38,772 bases of DNA from Welwitschia mirabilis. Lineage: Eukaryota. The notes beneath the pieces were generated by a model, which saw only the letters and a list, made by a program, of their open reading frames with translations, did no database searches and was not told where the DNA came from. The position numbers and the translations under genes are program-made. Below, one piece after another: positions 1 through 10,650 of this stretch (its first letter is position 1; each line of letters begins with the position of its first letter). The stretch is from assembly GCA_051453625.1 (NCBI GenBank), contig JBOZIK010000001.1, forward strand, positions 151,937 to 190,708. Direction: 5' to 3'.

Positions 1-1339
1 AGTTTTTAGCAAGTTAAGGCACATGTCTAACATCCTAAAGAAACAGTTTTCTGTCGTCACTTCCTTTCAGCATTATAGAACCAGTTCCTTTGATCTCACA
101 ATGTCGATCATCCCCCAAATATACATACTTCTCTGAAACTTTGTTACATAAATAAAACATCGAAACATCTGGGCAGACATGAAAAGAAGCATCAGAATCC
201 AAAATCCAAACATCAGAGCAAGAGTATTGAGAAACATTTGTGCATTTGCAATCANNNNNNNNNNNNNNNNNNNNNNNNNNNNNNNNNNNNNNNNNNNNNN
301 NNNNNNNNNNNNNNNNNNNNNNNNNNNNNNNNNNNNNNNNNNNNNNNNNNNNNNCCCTAGATACACATACTTCTTTGAAACTTTGTTATATAAAGAAAAC
401 ATCAAAACATCTGGGCAGACATGAAAAGAAGCATCAGAATCCAAAATCCAAACATTAGAGCAAGAGTATTGAGAAACATTTGTGCATTTGCAATCAATAC
501 AACATCAATATCTCCTTCTGTGTTTAACCCTTGTCCTACATTCTGGCTTTGTTGGTTACCTCCTTTCTGGCGTTGTTTTTTAGGCTGAAGTAGTCCTTCC
601 GTAGATGATCTTTCTAGCAGTGCCAACATCCAATGCTTCTTTTGACAAATTTTCCTTTGCTCTTGCTTTGTCAATGTTCTCCTTCTTTGGTCTAAGAATG
701 TCCTCTACGAATAGCAAGGGATTCTTTAATAGACTCAACAACCCTAGTCTTGTATGCATCTAGAAGCTTTAAAATTATAGTATTCAGGCGGAACATAGTA
801 TCTAGGGCAGTCATCAGTGTAGTGCGAACAGTCTCCCAAGAATCAGGCAAGGAACTGACAACCACAATTACCCTTAAGTGTTCTTCAAACATTACTTTCA
901 AGTCGTCCAACTGTGTGAATAGGCCGTTCATCTCATCTAGGTGTGCTTGCAATAATACACCTTATTTCAACTTCATCTTGAAGACCTTGTTAACAGTATA
1001 AAATTGATTCATGCTAATAGGCTAATCATAACTCTACATCAAAATCTACTACAATTCAGTTGTTGTAGAGATCTTGTTGTGGGATTTAAAAATCCCATTG
1101 CGAAGGCATGGCCGTATCAATGAAAGTGCCCTTCTTTCAAGTTTCTTCCACTCTTCATCATGGCACTTCTTCAACTATTCTGCGTCAAAAAGTCTAGATG
1201 CTACCTTTGCATCTACTTCTGTCTTTAGGACAACGTCACATTCCTTCTGGTAAACAATGACTTCCCTCAAAATCTTCCATATGCCCTAGTTCTCAGCTCC
1301 AAGTAATCGGTCGCTAGTCTGCGAACGCTCCCTCCTCAT
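1..1339 (-). pseudogene. Degenerate copia gag-protease
   Basis: ATG at 1339 gives MRRERSQTSDRLLGAEN*GIWKIL (gag N-terminal G.NY..WK-like). ORF 692-952 reads HLDEMNGLFTQLDDL...VVSSLPDSWE (UBN2/gag). Protease reads WILDSDASFHVCPD...VYLGDDRHCEIKGTGSI...DVRHVP*LAKN. Stops and frameshifts are present. Confidence 0.88.
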
Positions 1340-1640
1340 TTAACTGTATGGCTGTACAAACAGATGCCAAATGCATTGTACGAACACCCAAAAAATTTCG
1401 AGCGCGTGTCACGCTGCTATGCTCTCCAACCTTTGCTCTGCTACCTTCACTTCACTCCATAGTCTTTCTCCACTACATTCATGGTGATTCGCTTGCTCCG
1501 CTTGCTCGCACCATTCACTCCGCTTTGATAGTCCACTCTGCTGGCTTACTCCGCTCCACTCTGGTTGCTTCACACTGCTTCGCTCACAAGGTTTACAGAC
1601 ACAAAGCTTATTGCCAAAGCGTGTAAGCTCCAAAACTATT

Positions 1641-1652
1641 GCTTTGATACCA
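1641..1652 (-). promoter_or_regulatory. Primer-binding site, tRNA-iMet type
   Basis: Reverse complement is TGGTATCAAAGC, one mismatch from TGGTATCAGAGC, 2 nt after the LTR terminal CA. Confidence 0.9.
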
Positions 1653-1654
1653 AG

Positions 1655-2007
1655 TGTTACAAAAATACACAACAACAAAGCTAGTAAACAATGTAGAAAG
1701 AGAACACAGAGACACAAAGATTTACATGGAAAACACCAATGAAGGGAAAAACCATGGGAAAGTAGTGCAGAGCTCTATTATCTTCTTAAAAAGTACAAGT
1801 CAAGAACAAGCTTTAAGCCAAGAACATACTTCAAGCCAAGAACAGGCTTTAGGCAAGAATGCCTCACAGAACTCTATCGACTCTTTGTCTTACAAACAAA
1901 CAACCCTCACACCACCATTAAATAGGACAAGGGTTACAACCAATCATGGTTACAAGCCAAGAGGCTAGAGAAAGTACCATTCCTCTCTTGACACATGCCC
2001 CATCTCT
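1655..2007 (-). repeat. 5' LTR of the copia element (outer end uncertain or in the gap)
   Basis: Begins TGTTACA next to the PBS. TATA-like CCTATTTAATGG on the minus strand at ~1915-1926. Contains internal 18-bp tandem repeats. Confidence 0.75.
1801..1860. repeat. 18-bp tandem repeat, ~3.3 copies, inside the LTR
   Basis: caagaacaagctttaagc / caagaacatacttcaagc / caagaacaggctttaggc / aagaat. Confidence 0.85.
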
Positions 2008-2299
2008 NNNNNNNNNNNNNNNNNNNNNNNNNNNNNNNNNNNNNNNNNNNNNNNNNNNNNNNNNNNNNNNNNNNNNNNNNNNNNNNNNNNNNNNNNNNNN
2101 NNNNNNNNNNNNNNNNNNNNNNNNNNNNNNNNNNNNNNNNNNNNNNNNNNNNNNNNNNNNNNNNNNNNNNNNNNNNNNNNNNNNNNNNNNNNNNNNNNNN
2201 NNNNNNNNNNNNNNNNNNNNNNNNNNNNNNNNNNNNNNNNNNNNNNNNNNNNNNNNNNNNNNNTTTTTTATGTTTTATTTTTTGGTTTCGGCTAATTTG

Positions 2300-2565
2300 A
2301 GCGGTCATATAGTCACTAAAAGGTTTTTCATGAAGTCCATTGATTATTCAAGCTAAGATAGGAAGCCATTTAATGGTAACTACCATGAAACTACTTCTTT
2401 TAATATTGAAGAAGGAATGGAGAAATTGTTCCAAATAATCTTCTTATAAATCATTTTTCATGCAATCCAAACTCTTTTTAAAATAAAAGATTCTTAAATC
2501 TTGACATCTATTGGAGACATAAACTAGTTAACTGAAGGGGCACCTTTCAAGCTCTCCCTCCCTAC
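2300..2565 (-). pseudogene. Probable post-RT continuation of the L1-type LINE ORF2 interrupted by the PLE
   Basis: Minus-strand translation ...ESFI/KRVWIA*KMIYKKIIW resembles the S.IF..IW.AW segment that follows the GGLG motif in plant LINEs. Same orientation as the LINE at 5340-8030. Confidence 0.45.
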
Positions 2566-2719
2566 AGATGACATCAACACTAATATACCGAAAGATGCTT
2601 CTCACAGGTAGAATGGACCTTGCTTTACAGTCTGACCTTTTGCTAGCAATGTCAACATTAAGATAACAAATATTCAACGCTTGCATGGGATAGGTGTTGC
2701 ATTCAAATCGAAAACAAGA

Positions 2720-3050
2720 TAAGTGATCTATTCTTGACACTAAAGGATAGGATTGTAAGAATGGAGAGATGTGGAATCTATAAGATCAAATGCATCTGCG
2801 TTATGTATTACATTGGTGAAACTAAAGGATCTTTCAAAATCAAGATGAAAGAACATAAGGCAAACAAAAGACATCAGTGAACACAAAAGTTACCTTTAAT
2901 AGAACACATGAACATTGTTAGTAATTGGAGTGGATATTTAAAGATATGATGATCATTGTCATTTGTGAAAATGATTATGAAAGGAAGCCTAGGAAACATT
3001 AGAGATTAAAATGCATAGAAACAATATTAATGGAGATAAATGGTATTTTG
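2720..3050 (+). pseudogene. GIY-YIG endonuclease domain remnant (copy 1)
   Basis: RCGIYKIKCICVMYYIGETKGSFKIKMKEHK...IEHM...ENDYERK..LEIKMHRNNINGDK. GIY at 2773-2781, YIG at 2809-2817. Confidence 0.92.
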
Positions 3051-3143
3051 ATAAGCACTAAGGTCTCTTTCCTTTCCAAATTCTACACATGACCAAGTAT
3101 TTATAATTTCTTTCCCTTATTTTCTATTTTCTTGTTCTCCTGA

Positions 3144-3180
3144 CCTTCATGGTCAAGGCTTCAATCCTCAAAACGTTGGT
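3144..3180 (+). ncRNA. Degenerate minimal hammerhead ribozyme motif (PLE type), copy 1
   Basis: cttcatggtCAAGGCTtcaATCCTCaaaacgtt. Together with copy 2 it gives the consensus CTGAnGA-CGAGGCTnnnAGCCTC-GAAACGTT. Confidence 0.5.
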
Positions 3181-3269
3181 TATTGTATTACAAACTATTA
3201 GCGTAAGAATGCAGTTTATTGCAAGTAACAATGACGTGAATGGTCAACAGGACCACCACAGTTTAGTGT

Positions 3270-3510
3270 ACACTTACACCAAGCTCAAGATCAAAAGAAA
3301 AGAATAATTTCGGCTATTAAATTTCTTAAGGGGTGCAGAGATGAAGACCTGAAACCAAGGTTTGGAATTGTGAAACCAAAGAGCTCTACACCTCACATGA
3401 AAAATCTCTTCTTGGATTTCAGCAAAGAGATTGTGAAAATTGAGTTGAGATTCAAAAGAACCTTTCTCAATGACATCATGGTATTCTGAATAACATACAT
3501 AAGAAGGTGG
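3270..3510 (+). pseudogene. PLE ORF N-terminal domain remnant
   Basis: HLHQAQDQKKRIISAIKFLKGCRDEDLKPRFGIVKPK...FSKEIVKIELRFKRTFLNDI. The FL..C.....P.F motif is typical of Penelope N-termini and directly follows pseudo-LTR 1. Confidence 0.75.
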
Positions 3511-4058
3511 CGAAAGAACATGGAAGAGTAAAGAGATGACTTGTCTGCGCCGAGGAAGAGTAAGAACTAAGAAGCCATGTAGCAAGAAGGATGTAAACGT
3601 GCCGTGAAGGAGGCCACAGTGCTTGCAGCGAGGATATCTCGGTTAGCGCAGAGGAGCAAGACGCATTATGGGACAGTAACGGTCACCACCTTTGAGCACC
3701 AGGCAACGGTTGTAGCATAGCGCCGAGCCATGAAAGGACCGAGGAATGCTTGTGGGCGCAGATCAGTATTACTTTTGGATCGACTGAGAAGGGAAATGTT
3801 GGGAGCAGCGCGGAAATCCCACGACCGAAGAGCGCAGAAAGCCTGCAACCCAACGCAGAAAGCAATGGCGGATCGGTCCGCGTCCAACAGCCAACGCCTG
3901 TGGAGAGTGTTAACGCTTTCGCAAAGGATGCGTACATCTCCAACAATAGATCAGAGACTGTCAACATTCTGGAGAGATCTGTTTGAAACGCTAGGAAGGA
4001 TCTGTGGTTTGGCCGATGATGCGATGATAAAAAGGATGAACAATGAAAGAACAAAATG
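3510..4058. other. GC/CpG-rich insert of unknown origin within the PLE ORF
   Basis: Abrupt rise in GC and CpG content (e.g. gcggatcggtccgcgtcc). No PLE motifs; RT motifs upstream of the QG/SPLSP motif are absent here. Confidence 0.6.
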
Positions 4059-4059
4059 G

Positions 4060-5185
4060 TGGTAAGCATTTTAAAAGGCAAAGTTGATGAAGAGACTAAG
4101 GCTGATAAAATCCTGCCTTGAAGTTACTCTTTTCAAGTTATAAGGACACCGTTTTTGAACAAGTAAAAGGTGTTATAATGCTTCACCTCTCTCTCCATTG
4201 GTGGCTGATGTGTTCATGAGGAAAAACCTCTCAATGCCTAGAGGCTACAACCCTTGTGGTGGAAGAGATATGTAGACGATATCTTATGTTTAGTGGAAGA
4301 GTATGAGAAAGCACTCAAAGACTTTCTTAAATATCTTAACTCTAGACATAATGGCATCAAGTTCATGATGAAGGTGGAAAAAGAGGACATCATAACATTC
4401 TTAGATTTAGTCATTCAAAAGAGTAGAAACTCCAAAGAAGAATTTTTTCATAGGATTTTATAAAAAAGGCACCCACACAAATAGGGATGTTGATAGCTCC
4501 TTGAATATCCATCACTTATAAAAGATTAGCACCATTTCAACATTAGTAAATACAACATACGTATATTGTGATGATGAATAGTTTTAGTAGGAAATAAGCC
4601 ACATCCATGAGATCCTTCTTCACAATGGCCATAGTAAAAGAGAAATTAAACAAGTATGGAGAAGGGTGATATACAAAGTAATTGGTAGAGGCCTAAGACA
4701 TCAATGCTAGAATAACCAGAAATTCTTTTAACATGTAGAATGAAGCTCACTTTATAATCCTACCTTTTGCCGACAAGCTTAACATTAAGATAGGAAATAT
4801 TCTACACTTCTACAAGATAGGTTTTATGTTCAAATCCACAAAGAGGATCAGTGACCTAATCCTCACACCAAAGAATAAGATTGATAGAATGAAGAGATGT
4901 GGGGTCTCCAAGATTACATGCACGTGTGGCTTTGTTACATTAGAGAAATTCAAAGATGTTTCAAAATTAAGATGAAAAAACAAAAGGTAGTTGGATGGCA
5001 TTAGTGAACAAAACATTTGCCTCTAGCAAATGATGTGAACATTGCGAGTAATCACTGGTGCATGTTTAAATATGCCAAGATCATTGGCATTTTGAAAAAT
5101 GATTATGAAAGGAAGATTTAACAAGCATTGGAGATTAAAGTGCATAGAAATAATATCGATAGAGATAATGACATTTTGATAATGC
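4060..5185 (+). pseudogene. PLE reverse transcriptase (C-terminal part), thumb, linker and GIY-YIG copy 2
   Basis: LIKSCLEVTLFK/YKDTVFEQVKGVIM/SPLSPLVADVFM; ORF 4254-4463 contains RYVDD; IILPFADKLNIKIGNIL...RCGVSKITCTCG; ALEIKVHRNNIDRDN. Many stops and frameshifts. Confidence 0.92.
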
Positions 5186-5336
5186 TAGCGATGTCATGCT
5201 TTCTAAACTCAGTAAATGATTTAGCATTTATAATCACTTTCCCTTATTTTCTCTAATCTAATTCTTTACACCCTTAGGACGAAGTTGTAAGCCTCGAAAT
5301 GTTGATTGCTATATTACAAACTATTAGTATAAGAAC
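4697..5336 (+). repeat. PLE pseudo-LTR copy 2 (3' end of the element)
   Basis: Direct repeat of 2570-3208. Confidence 0.88.
5272..5305 (+). ncRNA. Degenerate minimal hammerhead ribozyme motif (PLE type), copy 2
   Basis: CTTAGGA cgaagttgtaagcctc GAAAtgttg. One mismatch from the CUGANGA core, intact GAAA, decayed stem II, located in the PLE 3' UTR. Confidence 0.6.
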
Positions 5337-5339
5337 AAT

Positions 5340-8030
5340 CTTTAATTGTTCAAAAACTAAGTTATGCCATCATCTCACGGAGTGTAAAAAATTAGTGAAC
5401 TACTTACCACACAGGGAGATACTTTGTAAAAATGAGTAAAAAAGGTCTAAAGCTCCTTTTTTTAAAGGTAAGCAACAAATCCTCTAGGCAACTTTATGAA
5501 ATCCTTTCCTTTCATTGTTACTTGTTCATGAAAATTGATAGAGTAACTTTTTAATTCACTTGTATCTTGAAATAGTGGGAACTAACAAGAGGAATAATAG
5601 ATATGAGTAGCAACTAAATACTTTTACACACTACATAGTTTTCAACCCTGGTGAGATATTTAATGTTTCATTTCTTTACTCTGGAAGTAAGTTTATTAAC
5701 AGTAAAGTCAACCCTTGAAAAGAAAATGAATTTCTAAGAAGTTTAATCACCTCATCTTTTTTAACAAATTTTCATGGTTTATAGAGAAGCCAAAAATAAT
5801 TTTTGAAAATAGTAAATGGTGAATACTTTTCCCAATTGAACTTTGGATTAAATAGAGAACAATAAAGATCAATACTGGATAGTAGCTTATTAATTACATC
5901 TTGAGAATTCTTAATAAAAAAGAATGGTTCATCTATAAAGTGTTTGTTGACAAGTTGTTTTGGATTTTTGCTAATACAAATACCATGAATACAATTGTCT
6001 TGCTCATCCTTTCCAATAGCATGATATAAAAAGTCTATTGTAATAATAAAAAGATAAGGAACTAAAGACAATCCTTGCCTTATAGGTCTTTCAATAGGAA
6101 GGTGAAACTAATACCTCCTACATTGGAAGTACAAGCGTTTACATCCTTGAACAAATAAGTTGACATGTGAATGAAAACCTTTTCAAATGTTTGCTTTTTC
6201 ATGTGAGTTAAGATAAAGTTCCATTCATTTGTATGATAAGCTTTTACATAATCAAGTTTAAGTGAGGTAATATCTTGATTAGTATACTTTGTCCATGCTA
6301 ATTTCTTCCCAAGACGATACAACATTATTAGGAATATATTTACATTTTACAAAATCACTTTGTTTGATACAAATAATATTAAGCAAGAGAGTCTTCAACT
6401 TGTTACTTAAATATTTAGCTAAAATTTTATAAGAAATATTAAGTAAAGTTATTGGTTTCCAATTGGAAATAGAATGTAAATCACCTTGATTTTAGAAAAA
6501 GACATATGACATCCTGATTACCTTGTAACCTAAGTTGCCTTTGTGTAAGGCTTTTTAAAGTGCCCTAAAATAGTCCTTTCTAATAATATCTCAATGATTT
6601 TTATAAAATTTTATAGTGAGCCATCCATTCCTAGAGCCATAGCATTAACTATGTCAAAGAAAGCTGCTTTTAACTCATCCTCAATAACAAGTTTCTCTAA
6701 ATTTTGATGAGGGACCTTTAAAACTTTTGGGAAGTGAACTTAGCATTCTAGTCATAGAGATACTAATGAAAACCATCTCATTTGATGGCCTTAGTATAAT
6801 GCTTAGCTAAACAACTAAGAATGGCTTAAGAACCCGATTGTGAACCATTATCAACTTCAAGTTTGTCTAATTGAAGAGAAGTAGAATATGTCGTAAGGAA
6901 TCTAGAAAATTCTTTATAATTAGCATCTTAAATGTTAAGCCAAAATATGCTCCTAATATCATCACTTTAGTAAAATAGATTTTTCAAGAATCTAGATAAT
7001 TCTTTATTTTTAAGAACTATTTATGGAAATGATGACTAAAGGGATTGTGTTCATTAACACTAATAATATATGATGTTAAATGTTTAAAATACATTCCTTA
7101 CTTTATTAGCCATTTGTTTACCAACATGTCTAAAATGTTGTGAGATATGACACGTAGCATGAATCCACCATGTAATCTATCTATTATTGCCACTTGAATT
7201 AGGCTTTTCATTTCATAAGATGTGAAAAATAGTTTTCTTGATTTGAAATTATATGGATTTTCATATAATCTGAAGAGAGAAGAATGATTTTGCTTGGCTA
7301 AATGCTTGAAACCAATTTGCAAAAATAATGGCATAATGATCCAATAATTTGTAATCATTCTAGAATTTAACAATAACATTCTAATTCCAAAAAGAAAGAG
7401 AATAAAAATAAAATCCATTAGCGCATTTAAGAATATATCATGTCCTAATTAAAAGTTTGACCAAGTATAAAGGATCCTTAAGGAGAAGAGCAACATTGCT
7501 AAAGGCCATTAATAAGATAAAAAATTTCTTCAAGAGAAGACAAAGAAATCTATATGTAAAAAGACTCTTCTATCTTATCAAATAAATTCTTTATCATATT
7601 AAAGTCTTTACTAAGGATCCAAGAAACATTTAGAAGAAAAAAGGGTGAATCTAACCATAAAATAGCTCTTTTAGAAATTTTTTTTGGAGCATGAATAGAT
7701 CATATTACAAAACCTATATGAGGGTAAAAAAGAAGCACTCAGTTACATCTATTTCAAGAATAAAGATCAATTTACACTACTTTAGAGTGCCAACATGAAT
7801 GAATGATGGTAAAAGAACCACTTGTGCTAGTAAAATGTCTAATGGTAAATGTAACCCTATTTTTAACAAATAACTTCCCAACAAACGTCATTTCTTTTTC
7901 AGAGATTTTGAATTCTTGTAATATTATAAAATTAGGAAACAAAGGATGTTGCTAAATGAAATCCATAGCTCTTCTTCTTTAAAGGTTATGAATAAGATTT
8001 CTGACATTCGAAGATTATATAATCATGAAT
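5340..8030 (-). mobile_element. L1-clade LINE ORF2 remnant (AP endonuclease + RT)
   Basis: Minus strand: SSNVRNL (~8015; SWNVRGL-like), ILQEFK, NWKPITLLNISYKILAK (~6415-6465), LKLDYVKAYH (6080-6325 ORF), SLVPYLFII (5772-6071 ORF), HKVA*RICCLPLKKGAL (~5450-5500). Confidence 0.9.
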
Positions 8031-8499
8031 ACATGAGACATGAGGCGTTCACCCTCTTAGATAAATCAATAACTAGGTTGCAGTCAAGGTGCATGTAATT
8101 CTTATAGTTTTCTCCCAAAATCTAAAAGTAATTAGAGGTTTGAATGCTATCCTTTGGGGTTTCTATAATAAAAGAAGTGCTTTCATGACAAGACTTGGTT
8201 TTCTTTGAAGGTTCATCATGACTAGATCGTTTATATGATTCCATAATTTTAAAGTCTACCATGCTAGATTACTTTTTGCTTTTTAGAGTAGCATTTGAAA
8301 TAGAAGCATGTGCATTTTGTGCAATAGATATTTATTTTCATTTGATTGCATATTATAATTATTTTAGTTGGTATTGTATGCTTTTTATAATGAGATAAAA
8401 TATTTTGATAAAAAATGAATCCTATGATAGAAGTATTTTGAAACTCATTTTACGAAGTTCATCAATAAACTTCTTTCATGTAAGAGGGGATAATAGTTA

Positions 8500-10650
8500 A
8501 ATAAATGACCTTATTTGTGGTAATAATTGAAAGAATTTTTTAGATTAAAGTAAACAACTTGTTACTGACAGACATTGAGATTAAGGGATAAAACTTTCTT
8601 TCTATTATTAAAATCTATATCAATGAAATAACTTATCTGAGTTTTAAGTGAGGAAGAAAGATTTTGAATATTAATAACTGATCAAAGGAGATTAACAATC
8701 TCAGGCTAGAATTTCTCAAAAATGAGGGGTAAATCTAACAAGTCCACAAAATAAGATACATAATAGTATTCTAGAGCATTAGCATAAAAATTTGGTTTTA
8801 CCCTTTACACATATTTTTAAGGAATTTCAAATATGTTGGAATTTATTTAATAACATCTAATAGTGGAATGTTAGTTTTAATTTCCTTAAATATTTTCAAG
8901 TATTTCTGTTTAAGTTTCTTCATTCTCATAGGTGTTAAACATCTTAGAGATGGGGCTTTCTTAAGTCCTTCACATTATTTTTTTCATGTTATCTTTATCA
9001 TTCTTCTTAGGGTCAAAAGTAGATTGAGGTATGGAGGTGGATACAGAAGGTTCTTCTTTTGGGGGTTGAAACATTCTATTGATTTATATTCCACTTTTAA
9101 GTAAAACTGAGTTTGATCCTTTTTACATCTTATTTTTAATTAATTATGATAACTCCTTTTAGATTAGTCATAGGTGGAGCTAGAAGATTATACTTCTTTC
9201 TAAACATTGAAAATTTTATGATAACCCCTTTTAGATTAATCATAAGTTAAGCTAGAAGATTATGATAACTCATTATTCTAAACATTGAAAATTTTATGCC
9301 ATTCGATAGTTAGTCTTAACATCTTTATTACTAACTATTTGGATTTCAATGAACTATCTTAAAACATTTTCTAATGGCTTACTTTAATATTTGCTAGAAT
9401 TCTATAAAGTCGATGCCTCAATTTTGTTGAGTTTTCCAACAAAAACTAAGGTAATTTCTCAGTTTTATGTTGTGTATATAACCATAGGAAAATGAATATA
9501 GTTGTTAGTCAGTAAAACTTCTTCTATATTGTAAACTATTCACTTATTCAACTGCTAAATCTTACGAGATAAACATAGGATATTCATTTGTTTCATGTTC
9601 ATTAGAGGTATAAATTATACATGTATAACCCTCACTATATTTATGCTATTTAATTGTTTCAAGTTATTCTAGTTTTTTGGCTATGATAGTAATTTTTCTA
9701 CTCATATTAGACTAGTCATCTTGTTTGTAGATTTGTCTTTCTATAGCTATGTTGAATGGTTGGGATTGCTAAGATATATCTTCAAATCTAGATAATATTT
9801 TCTAATTTTTATAACTTTCAATAATGTATTCTAATGTAAGACAAGNNNNNNNNNNNNNNNNNNNNNNNNNNNNNNNNNNNNNNNNNNNNNNNNNNNNNNN
9901 NNNNNNNNNNNNNNNNNNNNNNNNNNNNNNNNNNNNNNNNNNNNNTTACATCTTATTTTTATTTAATTGTAATAACTCATTTTAGATTAGACATAAGTTA
10001 AGCTAGAAAATTTTCTTTCTTTCTAAACATTGAAAATTTTATGATAACTCCTTTTAATTATGATAGCTCCTTTTAGATTAGTCATAGGTTGAGCTAGAAG
10101 ATTATGATAACTCCTTTTAATTATGATAACTTCTTATTCTAAACATTGAAAATTTTATGCCATTCAAGATTTAGTCTCAACATGTTTATTACTACCTATT
10201 TGGATTTCAATGAACTATCTTAAAACATTGTTTAGTGGCTTACTTTAATATTTTCTAGAATTCTATAAAGTCAATGCTCAATTTTGTTGATTTTTTCAAT
10301 AAAACCTAAGGTAATTTCTCANNNNNNNNNNCTCTCTCTATGTGTGTGTGTATATATATATCCATAAAAAAAAGAACATAGTTGTTAGTCAGTAAAACTT
10401 CTTCTATATCGTAAACTATGCACTTATTCAACTATTAAATCTTGGGAGATAGAAATAGGATATTCATCTGTTTCATGTTCATTAGAGGTACAAATGATAC
10501 ATGTATACCCCTTACTAGATTTATGCTATTTAATTGTTGCTAATTATTCTAGGTTTCTAGCTATAATATCAATTTATCTACTCATATTACATTCATCTTC
10601 TTGTTTGTAGATTCATGTTTCTATAACTATGTTGAATGGGTGGGATTGCT
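8500..10650 (-). mobile_element. Athila-like Ty3/gypsy gag-to-protease remnant (part duplicated across a gap)
   Basis: Minus strand: IPLLDVIK*IPTYLKFLKNMCKG (~8800-8870) and CIICTSNEHETDEYP (~10455-10500), both resembling Athila gag/linker motifs. Confidence 0.7.

Larger units (their letters stand above)
1..2007 (-). mobile_element. Ty1/copia LTR retrotransposon, 5' part (LTR, PBS, gag, protease); continues beyond the left window edge
   Basis: Minus strand reads LTR end ...TGTAACA + CT + TGGTATCAAAGC (PBS), then gag and copia protease motifs. The LTR runs toward the N gap at 2008. Confidence 0.9.
2570..3208 (+). repeat. PLE pseudo-LTR copy 1 (linker + GIY-YIG + 3' UTR)
   Basis: Aligns by eye to 4697-5336, e.g. 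aacattaagata..aaatatt, gaaaatgattatgaaaggaag, attacaaactattag..taagaa. The copies are clearly diverged. Confidence 0.88.
2570..5336 (+). mobile_element. Penelope-like element (endonuclease-positive; RT + GIY-YIG) with tandem pseudo-LTRs, degenerate
   Basis: N-terminal IKFLKGCRDEDLKPRF; RT QVKGVIM/SPLSPLVADVFM and WKRYVDDIL...LNSRHNGIKFMMKVEKEDIITFLDL; thumb YKKGTHTNR...LLHNGH; GIY-YIG domain. The 3' ~640 bp is repeated upstream. Confidence 0.92.

Noticed and set aside
115-494. ~140-bp direct repeat (115-254 vs 355-494) of the copia protease
   Set aside because: Near-identical copies directly flank an exactly 100-N gap; this is the typical pattern of unmerged overlapping contig ends.
1348-1968. 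ORFs 1348-1626, 1409-1717 and 1654-1968
   Set aside because: They overlap the copia 5' UTR, PBS and LTR; the SQEQAL repeats simply reflect the 18-bp LTR repeat.
2720-3050. GIY-YIG as an organellar intron homing endonuclease or UvrC/SLX1 fragment
   Set aside because: It is duplicated downstream of a PLE-type RT and has the PLE-type CxC between GIY and YIG.
3666-4081. Four overlapping ORFs (73-132 aa) as a candidate intact host gene
   Set aside because: Overlapping ORFs on both strands are expected in GC-rich DNA. No recognisable domain or splice structure was found; kept only as an unexplained insert.
9140-10160. Short interspersed direct repeats as a CRISPR-like array
   Set aside because: No unique spacers of regular length, repeats are degenerate and lie in a gypsy gag relic, the context is eukaryotic, and there are no cas genes.
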